Shown: positions 1 to 10,269, numbered from the stretch's first letter. The stretch is 64,000 bases of DNA from Cytophagales bacterium (GCA_043770215.1 JAYVIQ010000106.1:13729-77728), one strand, 5' to 3'. Made by a program: numbers and translations. The notes: a model not told the origin generated them from the sequence alone.

Positions 1-338
1 TGTCGTTTAGCTTTTAATTTTTTTGATATTAAATTTTAATAGTACTCATTTTTTTTACTTCTTTAGCATGAAGAATGTATTTCAATTATTTTAAATAGGC
101 CGTTCAATTCTTTACGATTGGTTAAATCTTAGAAATAGGTTTGGGTATTAACCATATTCAAAACGTGGAAAGTCTAAAACCAGTTTAAACAAACTAACAT
201 TAGCTATACTTTTATAAATAAGAGCGGCTTTAAATTTTTAAAATGCACAGTAGCTAAATCTCCAACAATTTAATTTTGAAGCAAGAATGTTAACCAAACC
301 CCATTTTCAATCACTACTAAATGAGGCTAATGATATTG

Positions 339-3266
339 TTATTTTATCAAAGCATCCCAAAGTATTTCTACTGGATGTAGAGACTGTTCTTGAGTTCCGT
401 CTTTTATTTGATGCCTACAGCTTGTACCAGTAGCAGCTATAATGGTGTTTTTTTCTTTATTTCTAATGGCAGGAAAAAGGATTAACTCGCCAATTTGCAT
501 ACTTAAATCATATTTTTCTGCTTCATAACCAAATGAACCAGACATACCACAGCAGCCAGTATTTAGTACCTCTACTTTATAGTTAGCAGGTATTTCTAGT
601 ATTTTTTGGCTAAACTTCACATGAGATAAAGATTTTTGAAAACAATGTCCATGAAACATTATTTTTTCGCTTTTATCTGTGAATTTGCTTCTGTCTATAT
701 TTCCTTTATCTAGTTCATTTGCCAAAAACTCATCAATCAAAAAGCAAGATTTTGCTAGTTCTTTTGCATCTTTTTGGTCTTGACCTCTAAGTAATTTAGG
801 GTACTCATCTCTAAAAGTAAGAATAGAAGATGGTTCTATACCTATCAAAGGTTCATTTGGATTTACTACATTTTTGTACAACTGCACATTGGTAAATGCA
901 ATTTTTTTGGTTCTTTTAAGCATTCCTTTAGAAATACCTGGTCTACCGCTTTCTACATTGTCTAGAAAAATTACTTCGTAACCAAGGGCATATAAAAGTT
1001 CTATACCTTTTTCGCCTATGTTTACATCTGTATAATTTACAATCTCATCCACAAAAAAATACACTCTTTTGGTAGTTTGATAAGAAGTTTTAAGCCTTTG
1101 AATATTTTTTTTGTACCATTTCCTTAGCGTATATCCATGTAATTTAGGTATATCTCTTTTAGGAGAAATACCCATAACACTTTTGAGTGAGTTTTTTATG
1201 AATGGAATATCCAAAACCGCATTGTATAAATTAGGCGCTATGCTTCCTAATTTGTTGGTGACATCTATATTGGCTATTAATCTAGCAGCTAAAGGCACAC
1301 CGTTAGATTGGTAGTAATGCTGAAGAAATTCGCTTTTCATTGCACCTACATCTACATTGCTTGGACAATCTGTTTTACACCCTTTACATCCCAAACAAAG
1401 GTCCATAACCTCTTTTATTTCTTGGTGGTCAAATGGATTTTCTTTGGTAGAATTAGTTAAAAATTCCCTTAAAATATTTGCTCTGCCTCTAGTAGAATCT
1501 TTTTCATTTCTAGTAGCCATAAAGCTAGGGCACATGGTACCTCCAGAATGGTGAGTTCTACGGCAAACGCCTGTACCGTTGCATTTTTCTGCCATACGTA
1601 TAATCCCCATGGTTTCATCAAAACTTAAAAAAGTTTCTATTTCTGGGGTAATCATATCTTCTTCATAGCGCAGACTTTCGTTCATTTTTGGAGTGTCTAC
1701 TATCTTACCTGGGTTAAAAATATTGTAAGGGTCCCAAGTCTTTTTGACTGATTGTACAAGTTTAAAGTTCTTTGAGCCAATCATTTTTTCAATAAACTGA
1801 CCTCTTACACGACCATCTCCGTGCTCGCCACTTAAAGATCCGCCATATTTTTTTACCAATGTGGCTACATCATCTGTTATATGGAAAAACAGCTTTCTAT
1901 CCTCTTTTTTCTTAAGGTCTAAAATGGGACGTAGGTGTATTTCGCCATCTCCAGCATGGGCATAATAGATGCTCTCCTTGCCATATTTTTCCATTATTAG
2001 ATCAAACTCACGTATGTATTCTGGCAAATCTGCTGGGTCTACAGCAGTATCTTCTATACATGCTACTCCCTTAGCATCGCCTGGTATGTTAGATAGTAAT
2101 CCTAAACCAGCAATACGTAAGTCCCATACTTTTTTACAATCATTGCCCCAAATTACAGGGAAAGCATAGCCAAATCCTGCATCAGTAATTTCTGCAATCA
2201 TGTCTGAGGTAAGTTTTTCTATTTCCTCTTTTGTTTCTCGTTCAAACTCCACACATAAAATTCCTGCAGGATCTCCTTCTACAAAATACCTATTTGCTTT
2301 TTGGATTGGATTATCAGCCGTACAGTCCAAGATCACTTTATCCATAAGCTCACTTGCTCCTGGTTTATACTTTAGGGCTATTACATTCGCCTTTAAAGAA
2401 TCGTATATGGTATTGCTATGTATGGCAACAATAGCAGATTCTTTTGGAGGCAGATCAACTAAATTAATTTTTATCTCTGTCATAAAGGCTAAGGTACCTT
2501 CACTACCAGCAATGAGTTTACAAAAATTAAACTTTTTGTTTGGGTCTCTAAAGGGCTCAGAATGCATCACTACATCTATAGCATATCCGGTATTTCTTCT
2601 GTTTACAGATGCTTTTGGAAATTCTTTTAAGATCTCTTCTTGGTTTTCTGTATTCTGTAGTATTTCATTTATATGTCTGTACAATGAACCTTCGAAACTC
2701 TGTAAGGCAAGTTTATTGTGGTATTCTGATAAACTTAGTGCTTTAAATTCTACTTCGCTTCCGTCAGACAATATAGCTTGGACTTCTAGCAAATGATCTC
2801 TTGTAGTGCCATAAAGAGGAGAGTGGGCACCACAAGAGTTGTTGCCTACCATACCTCCTATCATACATCTGTTTGCCGTAGAAGTTTCTGGGCCAAAAAA
2901 TAGACCAAATTGTTTTAAGTATTTATTTAAATCGTCTCTAATAACTCCTGGTTGCACGCGCACCCATTTTTCTTTTTGGTTTACTTCTATTACTTGAGTA
3001 AAATGTTTGGATACATCAACAATAATTCCACCACCAACTACTTGACCCGCAAGAGAAGTACCTGCTGTTCTTGGAACCAAAGAGGTGTTATTTTCTTTTG
3101 CAAACTGAATCAGAAGATGCAAATCTTCTTTAGTCTTAGGGATTGCTACAGCTTGAGGCAATTCTTTGTATACAGAAGCATCTGTTGCATAGACATTGCG
3201 CTGCAAAAAATCAGTAAATAAGTCTCCAGTAAGCTTTTCTTTTAGTTCAAGTAATTTTGCAAGCAT
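339..3266 (-). CDS. FAD-linked oxidase fused to Fe-S/CCG domains (GlcD-GlcF-type, D-lactate/glycolate dehydrogenase-like)
   Basis: 975-aa ORF. N-terminal FAD-binding region (PRTAGTSLAGQ), Cys clusters (CLGCKGCKTDCP) and a C-terminal CCG-type motif (CCGMSGSFG). Confidence 0.85.
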   Translation of the reverse strand: MLAKLLELKEKLTGDLFTDFLQRNVYATDASVYKELPQAVAIPKTKEDLHLLIQFAKENNTSLVPRTAGTSLAGQVVGGGIIVDVSKHFTQVIEVNQKEKWVRVQPGVIRDDLNKYLKQFGLFFGPETSTANRCMIGGMVGNNSCGAHSPLYGTTRDHLLEVQAILSDGSEVEFKALSLSEYHNKLALQSFEGSLYRHINEILQNTENQEEILKEFPKASVNRRNTGYAIDVVMHSEPFRDPNKKFNFCKLIAGSEGTLAFMTEIKINLVDLPPKESAIVAIHSNTIYDSLKANVIALKYKPGASELMDKVILDCTADNPIQKANRYFVEGDPAGILCVEFERETKEEIEKLTSDMIAEITDAGFGYAFPVIWGNDCKKVWDLRIAGLGLLSNIPGDAKGVACIEDTAVDPADLPEYIREFDLIMEKYGKESIYYAHAGDGEIHLRPILDLKKKEDRKLFFHITDDVATLVKKYGGSLSGEHGDGRVRGQFIEKMIGSKNFKLVQSVKKTWDPYNIFNPGKIVDTPKMNESLRYEEDMITPEIETFLSFDETMGIIRMAEKCNGTGVCRRTHHSGGTMCPSFMATRNEKDSTRGRANILREFLTNSTKENPFDHQEIKEVMDLCLGCKGCKTDCPSNVDVGAMKSEFLQHYYQSNGVPLAARLIANIDVTNKLGSIAPNLYNAVLDIPFIKNSLKSVMGISPKRDIPKLHGYTLRKWYKKNIQRLKTSYQTTKRVYFFVDEIVNYTDVNIGEKGIELLYALGYEVIFLDNVESGRPGISKGMLKRTKKIAFTNVQLYKNVVNPNEPLIGIEPSSILTFRDEYPKLLRGQDQKDAKELAKSCFLIDEFLANELDKGNIDRSKFTDKSEKIMFHGHCFQKSLSHVKFSQKILEIPANYKVEVLNTGCCGMSGSFGYEAEKYDLSMQIGELILFPAIRNKEKNTIIAATGTSCRHQIKDGTQEQSLHPVEILWDALIK

Positions 3267-3394
3267 AATTATTTTAATCTTATTGTTACAAAGATAAAAG
3301 ATAGAAAGGTATTATTTAGCCAAACTTTACATTATGAGTAAACTTTGAGTGTTTTTTTACACTTTGAAACCTTATTTTTGGGTGTACATCTTTA

Positions 3395-4060
3395 TCACAA
3401 AGCAGTTTCTTCTTTTTTAATCAAAAACCTCCATAAATAGAATGCAATAGACGCACCTAGAATAGGAGCCAAAACATAAATCCATAACCAAAGTATTTGT
3501 CCAGATACCAATGCCGGAGCTATAGATCTTGCAGGATTCATAGATGCTCCTGTAAACGGACCACCTATAAAAGCTAAAATAAATACCACGGAAGAAGCTA
3601 CCAAAGGAGTAAATTTTACCCATTTGCTATGTACAAAATAAAAAACAGATAAGCCAAGTATTGCAGACATAATTAACTCTAAAATAAAACAATAGCCTAT
3701 ACTTATTTGTGGCAATGTGGCACCAAGAGTAGGGTGTAAAGGGTATATTTTTTTTAAAATAAAACTTGCTAAATAAGCACCTAACAATTGATTAATTGCA
3801 TACACAGAAAATTCTTTAGTATTTAAGTCCTTTTTTAAGAAAAACATAAAGCTTATTACCGGATTCATGTGGGCGCCACTTTTTTTCCCAAACATAAAAA
3901 TACCTAGCCATACTGCTAATCCAAAACAAAGAGAAATACCAAAACCGCCTATGTTTGGATAAAAGTCATTTATAACTATAGACCCTGTACCAATAAAAAC
4001 CATAAAAAAAGTAGCTAAAAACTCTGCCTGTCCTTTTTTTAGTAAAGTATTAAAATTCAT
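3395..4060 (-). CDS. MIP-family channel, NIP-like (AqpN-type) aquaporin/metalloid channel
   Basis: 221 aa and multi-TM. First box is SGAHMNPVISF (NPV instead of NPA). Second box is GASMNPARSIAPA, the NIP-style SMNPARS signature. Confidence 0.85.
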   Translation of the reverse strand: MNFNTLLKKGQAEFLATFFMVFIGTGSIVINDFYPNIGGFGISLCFGLAVWLGIFMFGKKSGAHMNPVISFMFFLKKDLNTKEFSVYAINQLLGAYLASFILKKIYPLHPTLGATLPQISIGYCFILELIMSAILGLSVFYFVHSKWVKFTPLVASSVVFILAFIGGPFTGASMNPARSIAPALVSGQILWLWIYVLAPILGASIAFYLWRFLIKKEETAL

Positions 4061-4069
4061 ATTTAGTAT

Positions 4070-4960
4070 TTATAGTACGTTAGATTCATACAGGCTAGGC
4101 GTGTATTTGTGTTTCCATCTTCTATGAGACCATAGCCAATGAGCGGGATTTTCTTTAATGTCTTTTTCCAACAGTTCCACATACACTTTTGCTAATTCTT
4201 GTTCTGTCATTTTATGCGTTTTACTGCTTATAAGTATGGGTTTTAACTGATAATGCCCCCTACTTACTTTTACGTTGCTCACATAGTAACAAGGTAAATC
4301 AAATTTCTGAGCTAGTTTAAAAGGACCTTTAAAAAAAGCTGTTTTTCTATGTAAAAAATCTATCCAATAGGCGGTTTCTGGTGTTGGATTTTGGTCTGCT
4401 ACCAAGCAAGTAGCTGTGGGGATATTTTTTAATCTTACCATTGACCTTAGTGTTTCTTCCATCCTGGAGAGTTCTGCGCCAAACCTACTTCTTGTGGCAT
4501 GCATTAACGCATCAAATTTCTGATTGCTAAGTTGATGGTAAACAATATGCATTTTAAACGGAGTGATAGCACTTGAACCTAAACCTGCCCACTCCCAGTT
4601 GCCACAATGTCCTAAAAGTAAAAGTACACTTCTTTGCTCTCCAAAATCTTTAAAAACAAAATCAGTAGGAAAATCTATCCTACCTAAAATTTCTTTTTTA
4701 GAAATTGAAAAGCTTTTAACACTCTCAACAATAAGGTCCGCTAAATGACTATAAAAGTCCTTTTGAATCTCAGTTATCACATTCTCACTTGCTTCTGGAA
4801 AAGATAGTTTAAGATTGTAATACACTACTTTTTTTCTGTAAGAAACAATATGATACAATACTACATACAAAGCATCTGCCAATAAATACAATACTCTCAT
4901 GGGTAAAAAAGAGAGTGTCTTTAGAAAAGGATAATACAGATAGAACATAAAATCTTTCAT
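4070..4960 (-). CDS. Lipid A biosynthesis (Kdo2-lipid IVA) acyltransferase family protein, LpxL/HtrB-like
   Basis: 296 aa with an N-terminal TM segment and the acyltransferase H-x4-E motif (GHCGNWEW). Confidence 0.75.
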   Translation of the reverse strand: MKDFMFYLYYPFLKTLSFLPMRVLYLLADALYVVLYHIVSYRKKVVYYNLKLSFPEASENVITEIQKDFYSHLADLIVESVKSFSISKKEILGRIDFPTDFVFKDFGEQRSVLLLLGHCGNWEWAGLGSSAITPFKMHIVYHQLSNQKFDALMHATRSRFGAELSRMEETLRSMVRLKNIPTATCLVADQNPTPETAYWIDFLHRKTAFFKGPFKLAQKFDLPCYYVSNVKVSRGHYQLKPILISSKTHKMTEQELAKVYVELLEKDIKENPAHWLWSHRRWKHKYTPSLYESNVL

Positions 4961-5002
4961 TCATTCAAAAATAAGCCTTTATTTTTGATGCCATGATAAA
5001 TA

Positions 5003-5680
5003 ATGCCAAATTTGTTTATGACTAAGGCAGAAAAAGTACAATTTGTGGTAGATACTCTAGAGGCTAAATATCCAGAGACTCTTGTTCCTTTAGACCATAA
5101 AGACCCTTACACACTTTTGATTGCTGTGCTTTTATCTGCCCAATGTACAGATGAGCGTGTAAACAAAATAACCCCATTGCTTTTTGCTCTGGCAGATAAC
5201 CCATTTGATATGGCAAAAATACCCGTAGAAAAAATAAAAGAAATTATTAGACCTTGTGGCTTAAGCCCTATGAAGTCTCACGGAATATCTGAATTATCTA
5301 AAATTTTGATACAAAAACACAATGGAGAAGTGCCAAATGATTTGCAAGCATTAGAAAGTTTGCCTTCTGTAGGGCATAAGACAGCCTCAGTTGTGGTTTC
5401 TCAAGCCTTTGGGGTTCCTGCATTTCCAGTAGATACTCATATTCATAGGCTCATTTATAGATGGGGATTAACGAGTGGTAAAAATGTACAAGTAACAGAA
5501 AAAGATTGTATAAGGTTATTTAAGAAAAGCATTTGGAATAAACTACACCTTCAAATTATTTATTTTGGCAGAGAATTTTGTCCAGCAAGAGGTCATAAAC
5601 CAGAAACTTGTCCTATTTGTTCTAAAATAGGACGTAAAGAAATGCAAAGAAATCCTGACCTTAAGCCAGAAAAAAAATAA
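5003..5680 (+). CDS. nth: Endonuclease III
   Basis: HhH-GPD fold sequence (LLSAQCTDERVN, LPSVGHKTASVV, VDTHIHR) and a C-terminal 4Fe-4S Cys cluster (FCPARGHKPETCPICS). Confidence 0.9.
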   Translation: MPNLFMTKAEKVQFVVDTLEAKYPETLVPLDHKDPYTLLIAVLLSAQCTDERVNKITPLLFALADNPFDMAKIPVEKIKEIIRPCGLSPMKSHGISELSKILIQKHNGEVPNDLQALESLPSVGHKTASVVVSQAFGVPAFPVDTHIHRLIYRWGLTSGKNVQVTEKDCIRLFKKSIWNKLHLQIIYFGREFCPARGHKPETCPICSKIGRKEMQRNPDLKPEKK

Positions 5681-5761
5681 GAAGTGCTGAACCTTTGTTT
5701 GCTACGCTACATAAACTGAGATAATATGCATTTTTTTTAGTACTTTTGTAAAAAAAATACA

Positions 5762-6607
5762 GTGGCAGAAAAGCGATATACCAAAATAAAAGTTAGTGCT
5801 AAACCAGAAGCAGAAATTTCTAAACCCGATGCACAAGAGCCTAAAAGACTAAACAAGTACCTCTCTAATGCAGGAATTTGTTCTAGAAGAGAGGCAGATG
5901 TACATATTGCAAATGGCGAAGTAAAAGTTAATGGTAAAGTAGTTACTGAATTAGGATTTAAAGTATTGCCAAAAGATAAAGTTGTTTATAATGGTCAGCA
6001 ACTCACTGGAGAAAAGTTTAAGTACGTACTTTTAAATAAACCCAAAGACTTTATCTGTACCTTAAAAGACGAAAAAGACCGTAAAACAGTTATGGATCTT
6101 GTAAAAAATGCCTGCCAAGAACGTATTTTTCCAATTGGTAGATTAGATAGGCAGACTACAGGATTACTTTTGTTTACAAATGACGGAGAATTAGCTAATA
6201 ATTTAAGTCATCCGTCTAGTAGAGTTACTAAACTTTATCAAGCTACCTTAAATAAAGACTTAACTTTAGAAGATTTTGAGAAAATAAAAAATACGTTGGT
6301 TCTAGAAGATGGGCCAGCCCCAGTAGATGATATTGCGCTTTCTGTAGAAGGAGATTATATGGTAGGCTTAGAAATACATATTGGTAGAAATAGAATAGTA
6401 AGAAGAATTTTTGAATCCTTAGGGTATTCTGTAGAGAGGTTGGACAGATCTGTGTATGCTGGTCTAACAAAAAAAGATCTCCCTAGAGGCAAATGGAGAC
6501 ACCTTACCGAAACAGAAGTAAAAATTTTAAAAAGAAAAAAAGCATCTATTAAACCACAAGCTGTAGAAAAATCATCTAATAAAACGTTTGATGATCTAGA
6601 AGACTAG
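5762..6607 (+). CDS. rluB: RsuA/RluB-family 23S rRNA pseudouridine synthase
   Basis: GTG start. S4 domain (LNKYLSNAGICSRREAD) and catalytic motif GRLDRQTTGLLLFTNDG. Confidence 0.85.
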   Translation: MAEKRYTKIKVSAKPEAEISKPDAQEPKRLNKYLSNAGICSRREADVHIANGEVKVNGKVVTELGFKVLPKDKVVYNGQQLTGEKFKYVLLNKPKDFICTLKDEKDRKTVMDLVKNACQERIFPIGRLDRQTTGLLLFTNDGELANNLSHPSSRVTKLYQATLNKDLTLEDFEKIKNTLVLEDGPAPVDDIALSVEGDYMVGLEIHIGRNRIVRRIFESLGYSVERLDRSVYAGLTKKDLPRGKWRHLTETEVKILKRKKASIKPQAVEKSSNKTFDDLED

Positions 6608-6640
6608 TACAACAAGTAGTTTTATCTAATTGTGAGATAA

Positions 6641-7213
6641 ATGTGTATGCTCAATGCCACTAAAATGAAAAAAAAAGTTCTTTTTCTTCTCTTTTTCCAT
6701 TGTTTTTTTAACAGCATAGCCCAGGACACTTTATATAAACCTAAGTTTATTTATAGATTGGAACCTGGCTTGATTTTAGGTGGGGAGTTTGCTAACAATG
6801 CTGCAACCCTTTCTTTTATACCTTATTTAAGTTATGACATTAAACCTAATCTTTTGGCATTAGGACTTAGCCCTAATCTTACCTATATAAGAACAATAAA
6901 TGGGGGGGTTTCTGAAATTTTATATGGAGGAAGTATATTTGGGAAAGTTTTTATTTCAAAAAGTTTTTACGCCCAAATTGAAAATGAATTGCTAAGCAGA
7001 AAATTTATAAGCGCTAATAATACAAGCAAAAGAAAAGCAGTAAATCATTTTATGTTGGGTGGAGGGTATAGAAGAACAGCTAGCTTTGGCTATACATTTG
7101 TAAGCGGGTTTTATATTCTGAATTATAAAAACTACACATCTCCTTATTCTAGACCAATACTTATAAGAGCTGGTGTAAGTATTAGACTAAATTCCATTTT
7201 AATTGGAATGTAA
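6641..7213 (+). CDS. Hypothetical secreted or outer-membrane protein
   Basis: Signal-peptide-like N-terminus (MKKKVLFLLFFHCFFNSIAQ) and Gly/Tyr-rich alternating pattern. No recognisable family. Confidence 0.4.
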   Translation: MCMLNATKMKKKVLFLLFFHCFFNSIAQDTLYKPKFIYRLEPGLILGGEFANNAATLSFIPYLSYDIKPNLLALGLSPNLTYIRTINGGVSEILYGGSIFGKVFISKSFYAQIENELLSRKFISANNTSKRKAVNHFMLGGGYRRTASFGYTFVSGFYILNYKNYTSPYSRPILIRAGVSIRLNSILIGM

Positions 7214-7367
7214 AAAACCAATTTTGGTTTTAGGATACACCAAAATAAAAATTTTCTATTTAAGTAAAATAAAAGAAAATATACTAGAAGACTTTTAGGG
7301 TTTCCTTATAAATTTAAAGCCATTTGCCAGATATCTGTGCTTGTATGCTAGATTTCTAAAACATAAA

Positions 7368-7405
7368 AAAGAGCCTTATTTTCATTTCTAAAAATAAGGC
7401 TCTTT
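7368..7405. terminator. Bidirectional rho-independent terminator hairpin between the 6641 ORF (+) and rng (-)
   Basis: Perfect 15-bp stem AAAGAGCCTTATTTT / AAAATAAGGCTCTTT with an 8-nt loop, flanked by A/T runs. Confidence 0.6.
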
Positions 7406-7421
7406 ATCTGATTAAATTTTA

Positions 7422-8975
7422 CTACAACAACTCTATTTTTTCGTCGTTTTGGTCTAATATTTTAAAGTCTATTAGGCCAAGAGAAGTATCTACCACTAAT
7501 TTTATCCATCTTTTGTACATAAAAAACCAAGACAATCTTCTAGAGACCACTCCTTTAGTTAAGTATGAATGCATAAATGGATGCACTATTAATTTAATTT
7601 TTTTAGTGTTTTGCTGGTTCATAAGGTATTTAACGTTTTCTTCAATATCGTTAATTACATTTAAACTAGCTGTAATTTTTCCAGTACCATCGCAACTTGG
7701 GCAATTTTCATTAGTGATGATGTTCATTTCAGGCCTAACGCGTTGGCGTGTAATTTGCATCAGCCCAAATTTAGAAATAGGCAACACCACACTTTTTGCT
7801 TTATCGTTCAATAATTCCTGAACCATAGCATCGTTGACTGCTTTTCTATTTTCTGGATTTTTCATGTCAATAAAATCGACAACAATGATTCCACCCATAT
7901 CTCTTAGCCTAAATTGCCTTGCAAGTTCTTGCACAGCCATTAAGTTAGTTTTATAAGCAGTATCTTCTTGGTCTACTTCTTTTATTGCCTTGTTTCCAGA
8001 GTTTACATCCACTACGTGAAGTGCTTCTGTATGTTCTATAATAAGGTAACCACCTTCTTTTAGACTTACTGATTTTCCAAAAAGCATTTTAAGTTGTTTT
8101 TCTATACCTCGAGACTCAAATACCTTAGACTTTTCTTTGTGTAGCTTTACAATTTTTTCTTTGTCTGGAGCTACTTGTCTTATGTATTCGCATGCTTGAT
8201 TGTATAAGTCTAAATCGTCTATTAATATATTATCAAAAGAGGCATTTACAATATCTCTGATCAGAGCACTAGTGCGGTTTATTTCCCCAAGAAGTTTATC
8301 TCTTGGTTCAGCATTTTTAAGGTTTTTACGTGTTTCTTTCCATTTTTCTACCAATGAAGTTATGTCACGTTGAAGTTCTTCAACCTCTACATTTTCTGCT
8401 ACCGTTCTTATAATTAGACCAAAATTTGCTGGTTTAATTGGTTTTGCAATGCTTGTTAATCGCCTCCTTTCTGCATTATCAGAAATTTTTCTAGATAGAG
8501 AAATACTATCAGAAAAAGGCACAAGTACTACATACCTACCAGCCAAAGATATTTGACAGCTCAGGCGAGGTCCTTTTGATGAAATAGGTTCTTTTTCCAC
8601 TTGCACCATGATTTTTTGACCCTTAGATAGCACATCGTTGATGTTACCTAGTTTCTCAATCTCTGGTTCAAAATGAAAGTTATCCAAAAGTATTTCATTG
8701 TATTTTTTGTTCATCACTTGTTTGACAAACAGATTCAATGATTTGTTATTTGGACCTAAATCTTGATAATGTAAAAACGCATCTTTTTCGTAACCTACAT
8801 CTACGAAAGCAGCATTTAGTCCAGGCACAACTTTTCTTACCGTTCCTAGAAACAGGTCGCCAACATTAAATTTTGCTTCTTCTCCTTCTTGGTGAAACTC
8901 AACTAATTCTTTGTCCTGTAATAAGGCAATCCGAGTTCCGTCCGAACTTTTATTTATTATAAGCTCGTTACTCAC
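7422..8975 (-). CDS. rng: Ribonuclease G/E family protein
   Basis: 517 aa. S1 domain N-terminus (GDLFLGTVRKVVPGLNAAFVDVG) and RNase E/G catalytic core (VVDVNSG, IIVVDFIDM). Confidence 0.85.
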   Translation of the reverse strand: MSNELIINKSSDGTRIALLQDKELVEFHQEGEEAKFNVGDLFLGTVRKVVPGLNAAFVDVGYEKDAFLHYQDLGPNNKSLNLFVKQVMNKKYNEILLDNFHFEPEIEKLGNINDVLSKGQKIMVQVEKEPISSKGPRLSCQISLAGRYVVLVPFSDSISLSRKISDNAERRRLTSIAKPIKPANFGLIIRTVAENVEVEELQRDITSLVEKWKETRKNLKNAEPRDKLLGEINRTSALIRDIVNASFDNILIDDLDLYNQACEYIRQVAPDKEKIVKLHKEKSKVFESRGIEKQLKMLFGKSVSLKEGGYLIIEHTEALHVVDVNSGNKAIKEVDQEDTAYKTNLMAVQELARQFRLRDMGGIIVVDFIDMKNPENRKAVNDAMVQELLNDKAKSVVLPISKFGLMQITRQRVRPEMNIITNENCPSCDGTGKITASLNVINDIEENVKYLMNQQNTKKIKLIVHPFMHSYLTKGVVSRRLSWFFMYKRWIKLVVDTSLGLIDFKILDQNDEKIELL

Positions 8976-9030
8976 GGTGTATAAATTTAGAAAAGGGCAC
9001 TTCTGTTAAAGTGCCCTAAGATGAAACAAA

Positions 9031-9120
9031 CTATTTTTTCTTATGTCTGTTTTTTCTTAGTCTTTTCTTTCTTTTGTGAGTAGAGATTTTATGTCTTTTT
9101 CTTTTTTTACCGCAAGGCAT
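9031..9120 (-). CDS. Small basic peptide, bS22/mS38 (AURKAIP1/COX24)-like putative ribosomal protein
   Basis: Not in the ORF track because it is under 60 aa. My own translation gives ATG..TAG = MPCGKKRKRHKISTHKRKKRLRKNRHKKK (29 aa). It sits between the TPR gene and rng on the same strand. Confidence 0.6.
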   Translation of the reverse strand: MPCGKKRKRHKISTHKRKKRLRKNRHKKK

Positions 9121-9132
9121 AGTCTTAATTAT

Positions 9133-9978
9133 TTATTGTTGTAACTTCTTTAAACTCTTATTTACAAAATCTTCTATAAATGAATCTTTTGTGTCTTTAT
9201 TCAACTCTTGCAAAATGAGCAAATGTTTTTTTGCAGAATTGTTTTCACTTTTTTGCAGATACAAATTTACTAATTCTAAATGAGCTTGCAAATTATCTTT
9301 CTCATTTTCAATAACTTGTTTGTAACGCAAGATAGCTTCGTCTATTTTTCCAACTGTGGTATAGAACTCTGCTAATGCTATTTGACCAGAAATTAGCTTT
9401 GGATTTTTCTCTACTAAAGTTTTTAACTCGCCAACCCATTGCATAGGTGCTTGCTTGTTGTATGCTGAGGCTAAGGTTTTAAAACGCAGTTCTTCTACTT
9501 TTAAATCCAGAAAATTTGGATGCTTTTTAAATCCTTGATCAATTACATTTTGGCAAAGCGTCTGATAATATTTCTTTTTATCATCTTCCTGGCTCATTTG
9601 GAACCCAGTAAGCCCGTCTCTTACAGACATTAGATAATATTTTTTATCTAGATATGCAAAATTGTTGTACAAATTTGCAGAGCTATCTAACATAAAAGCA
9701 TTTTTGAATAACAGTCCAAGAGAGTCTATAAGGGCAAACTTTTCCGTTATATTTTTTTCTGTAGCTATTTGCTTTCTTAATTTTGCTGCTGTCTCAGCAT
9801 TGTATTTTTCTGACTGATGATTAGAATTGTCTACTACTAATTCTTGCTTTATTTGATTTTCTGTTGCTTTTATTCTTTTTTCTTTATCACTTACTACATA
9901 CTTTGGTAGCAAGCTTAATAAAAACACCAATCCTATACCCCCAATTAATATTGCTAGATGTAAAGGTTTGATATTCAT
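9133..9978 (-). CDS. Membrane-anchored TPR-like repeat protein
   Basis: N-terminal TM (LAILIGGIGLVFLLSLL) and a helical-repeat C-terminus (IALAEFYTTVGKIDEAILRYKQVIE, AHLELVNLYLQ). Confidence 0.5.
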   Translation of the reverse strand: MNIKPLHLAILIGGIGLVFLLSLLPKYVVSDKEKRIKATENQIKQELVVDNSNHQSEKYNAETAAKLRKQIATEKNITEKFALIDSLGLLFKNAFMLDSSANLYNNFAYLDKKYYLMSVRDGLTGFQMSQEDDKKKYYQTLCQNVIDQGFKKHPNFLDLKVEELRFKTLASAYNKQAPMQWVGELKTLVEKNPKLISGQIALAEFYTTVGKIDEAILRYKQVIENEKDNLQAHLELVNLYLQKSENNSAKKHLLILQELNKDTKDSFIEDFVNKSLKKLQQ

Positions 9979-9981
9979 TTT

Positions 9982-10269
9982 TTATGCTTTTACATTTTTC
10001 TTTACAAGCTCTACAAACTCTTTTGAAGGCTTAAAACTTGGAATAAAATGTTCATCTATGATTATAGCAGTGTTTTTAGATATATTACGAGCTACTTTTT
10101 TAGCTCTTTTCTTATTTACAAAACTTCCAAATCCTCTTACATAAAGACTCTCGCCTTTTGTCATAGAATCTTTAACTACACTAAAAAAAGCTTCTACAGT
10201 ATTGGCCACGTCATTTTTTTCAATACCTGTTTTGTCAATAATTTCTGAAATAATATCTGCTTTCGTCAC
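9982..10269 (-). CDS. HU/IHF-family DNA-binding protein
   Basis: 95 aa. MTKADIISEI...VEAFFSVVKDSM...VRGFGSF..K.R.AR. pattern typical of HU. Confidence 0.85.
   Translation of the reverse strand: MTKADIISEIIDKTGIEKNDVANTVEAFFSVVKDSMTKGESLYVRGFGSFVNKKRAKKVARNISKNTAIIIDEHFIPSFKPSKEFVELVKKNVKA

Noticed and set aside
1-39. A possible 3-prime end of a + strand gene (..CRLAFNFFDIKF followed by a stop) at the window edge.
   Set aside because: Only 12 codons are visible. An aromatic C-terminus hints at an OMP, but that cannot be supported.
2200-2796. 198-aa ORF on the + strand inside the FAD/Fe-S oxidase gene, plus the smaller + strand ORFs at 1111-3221.
   Set aside because: Antisense shadow of a confidently assigned 975-aa gene. 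Low-complexity, Ser/Phe/Leu-rich translation with no motifs.
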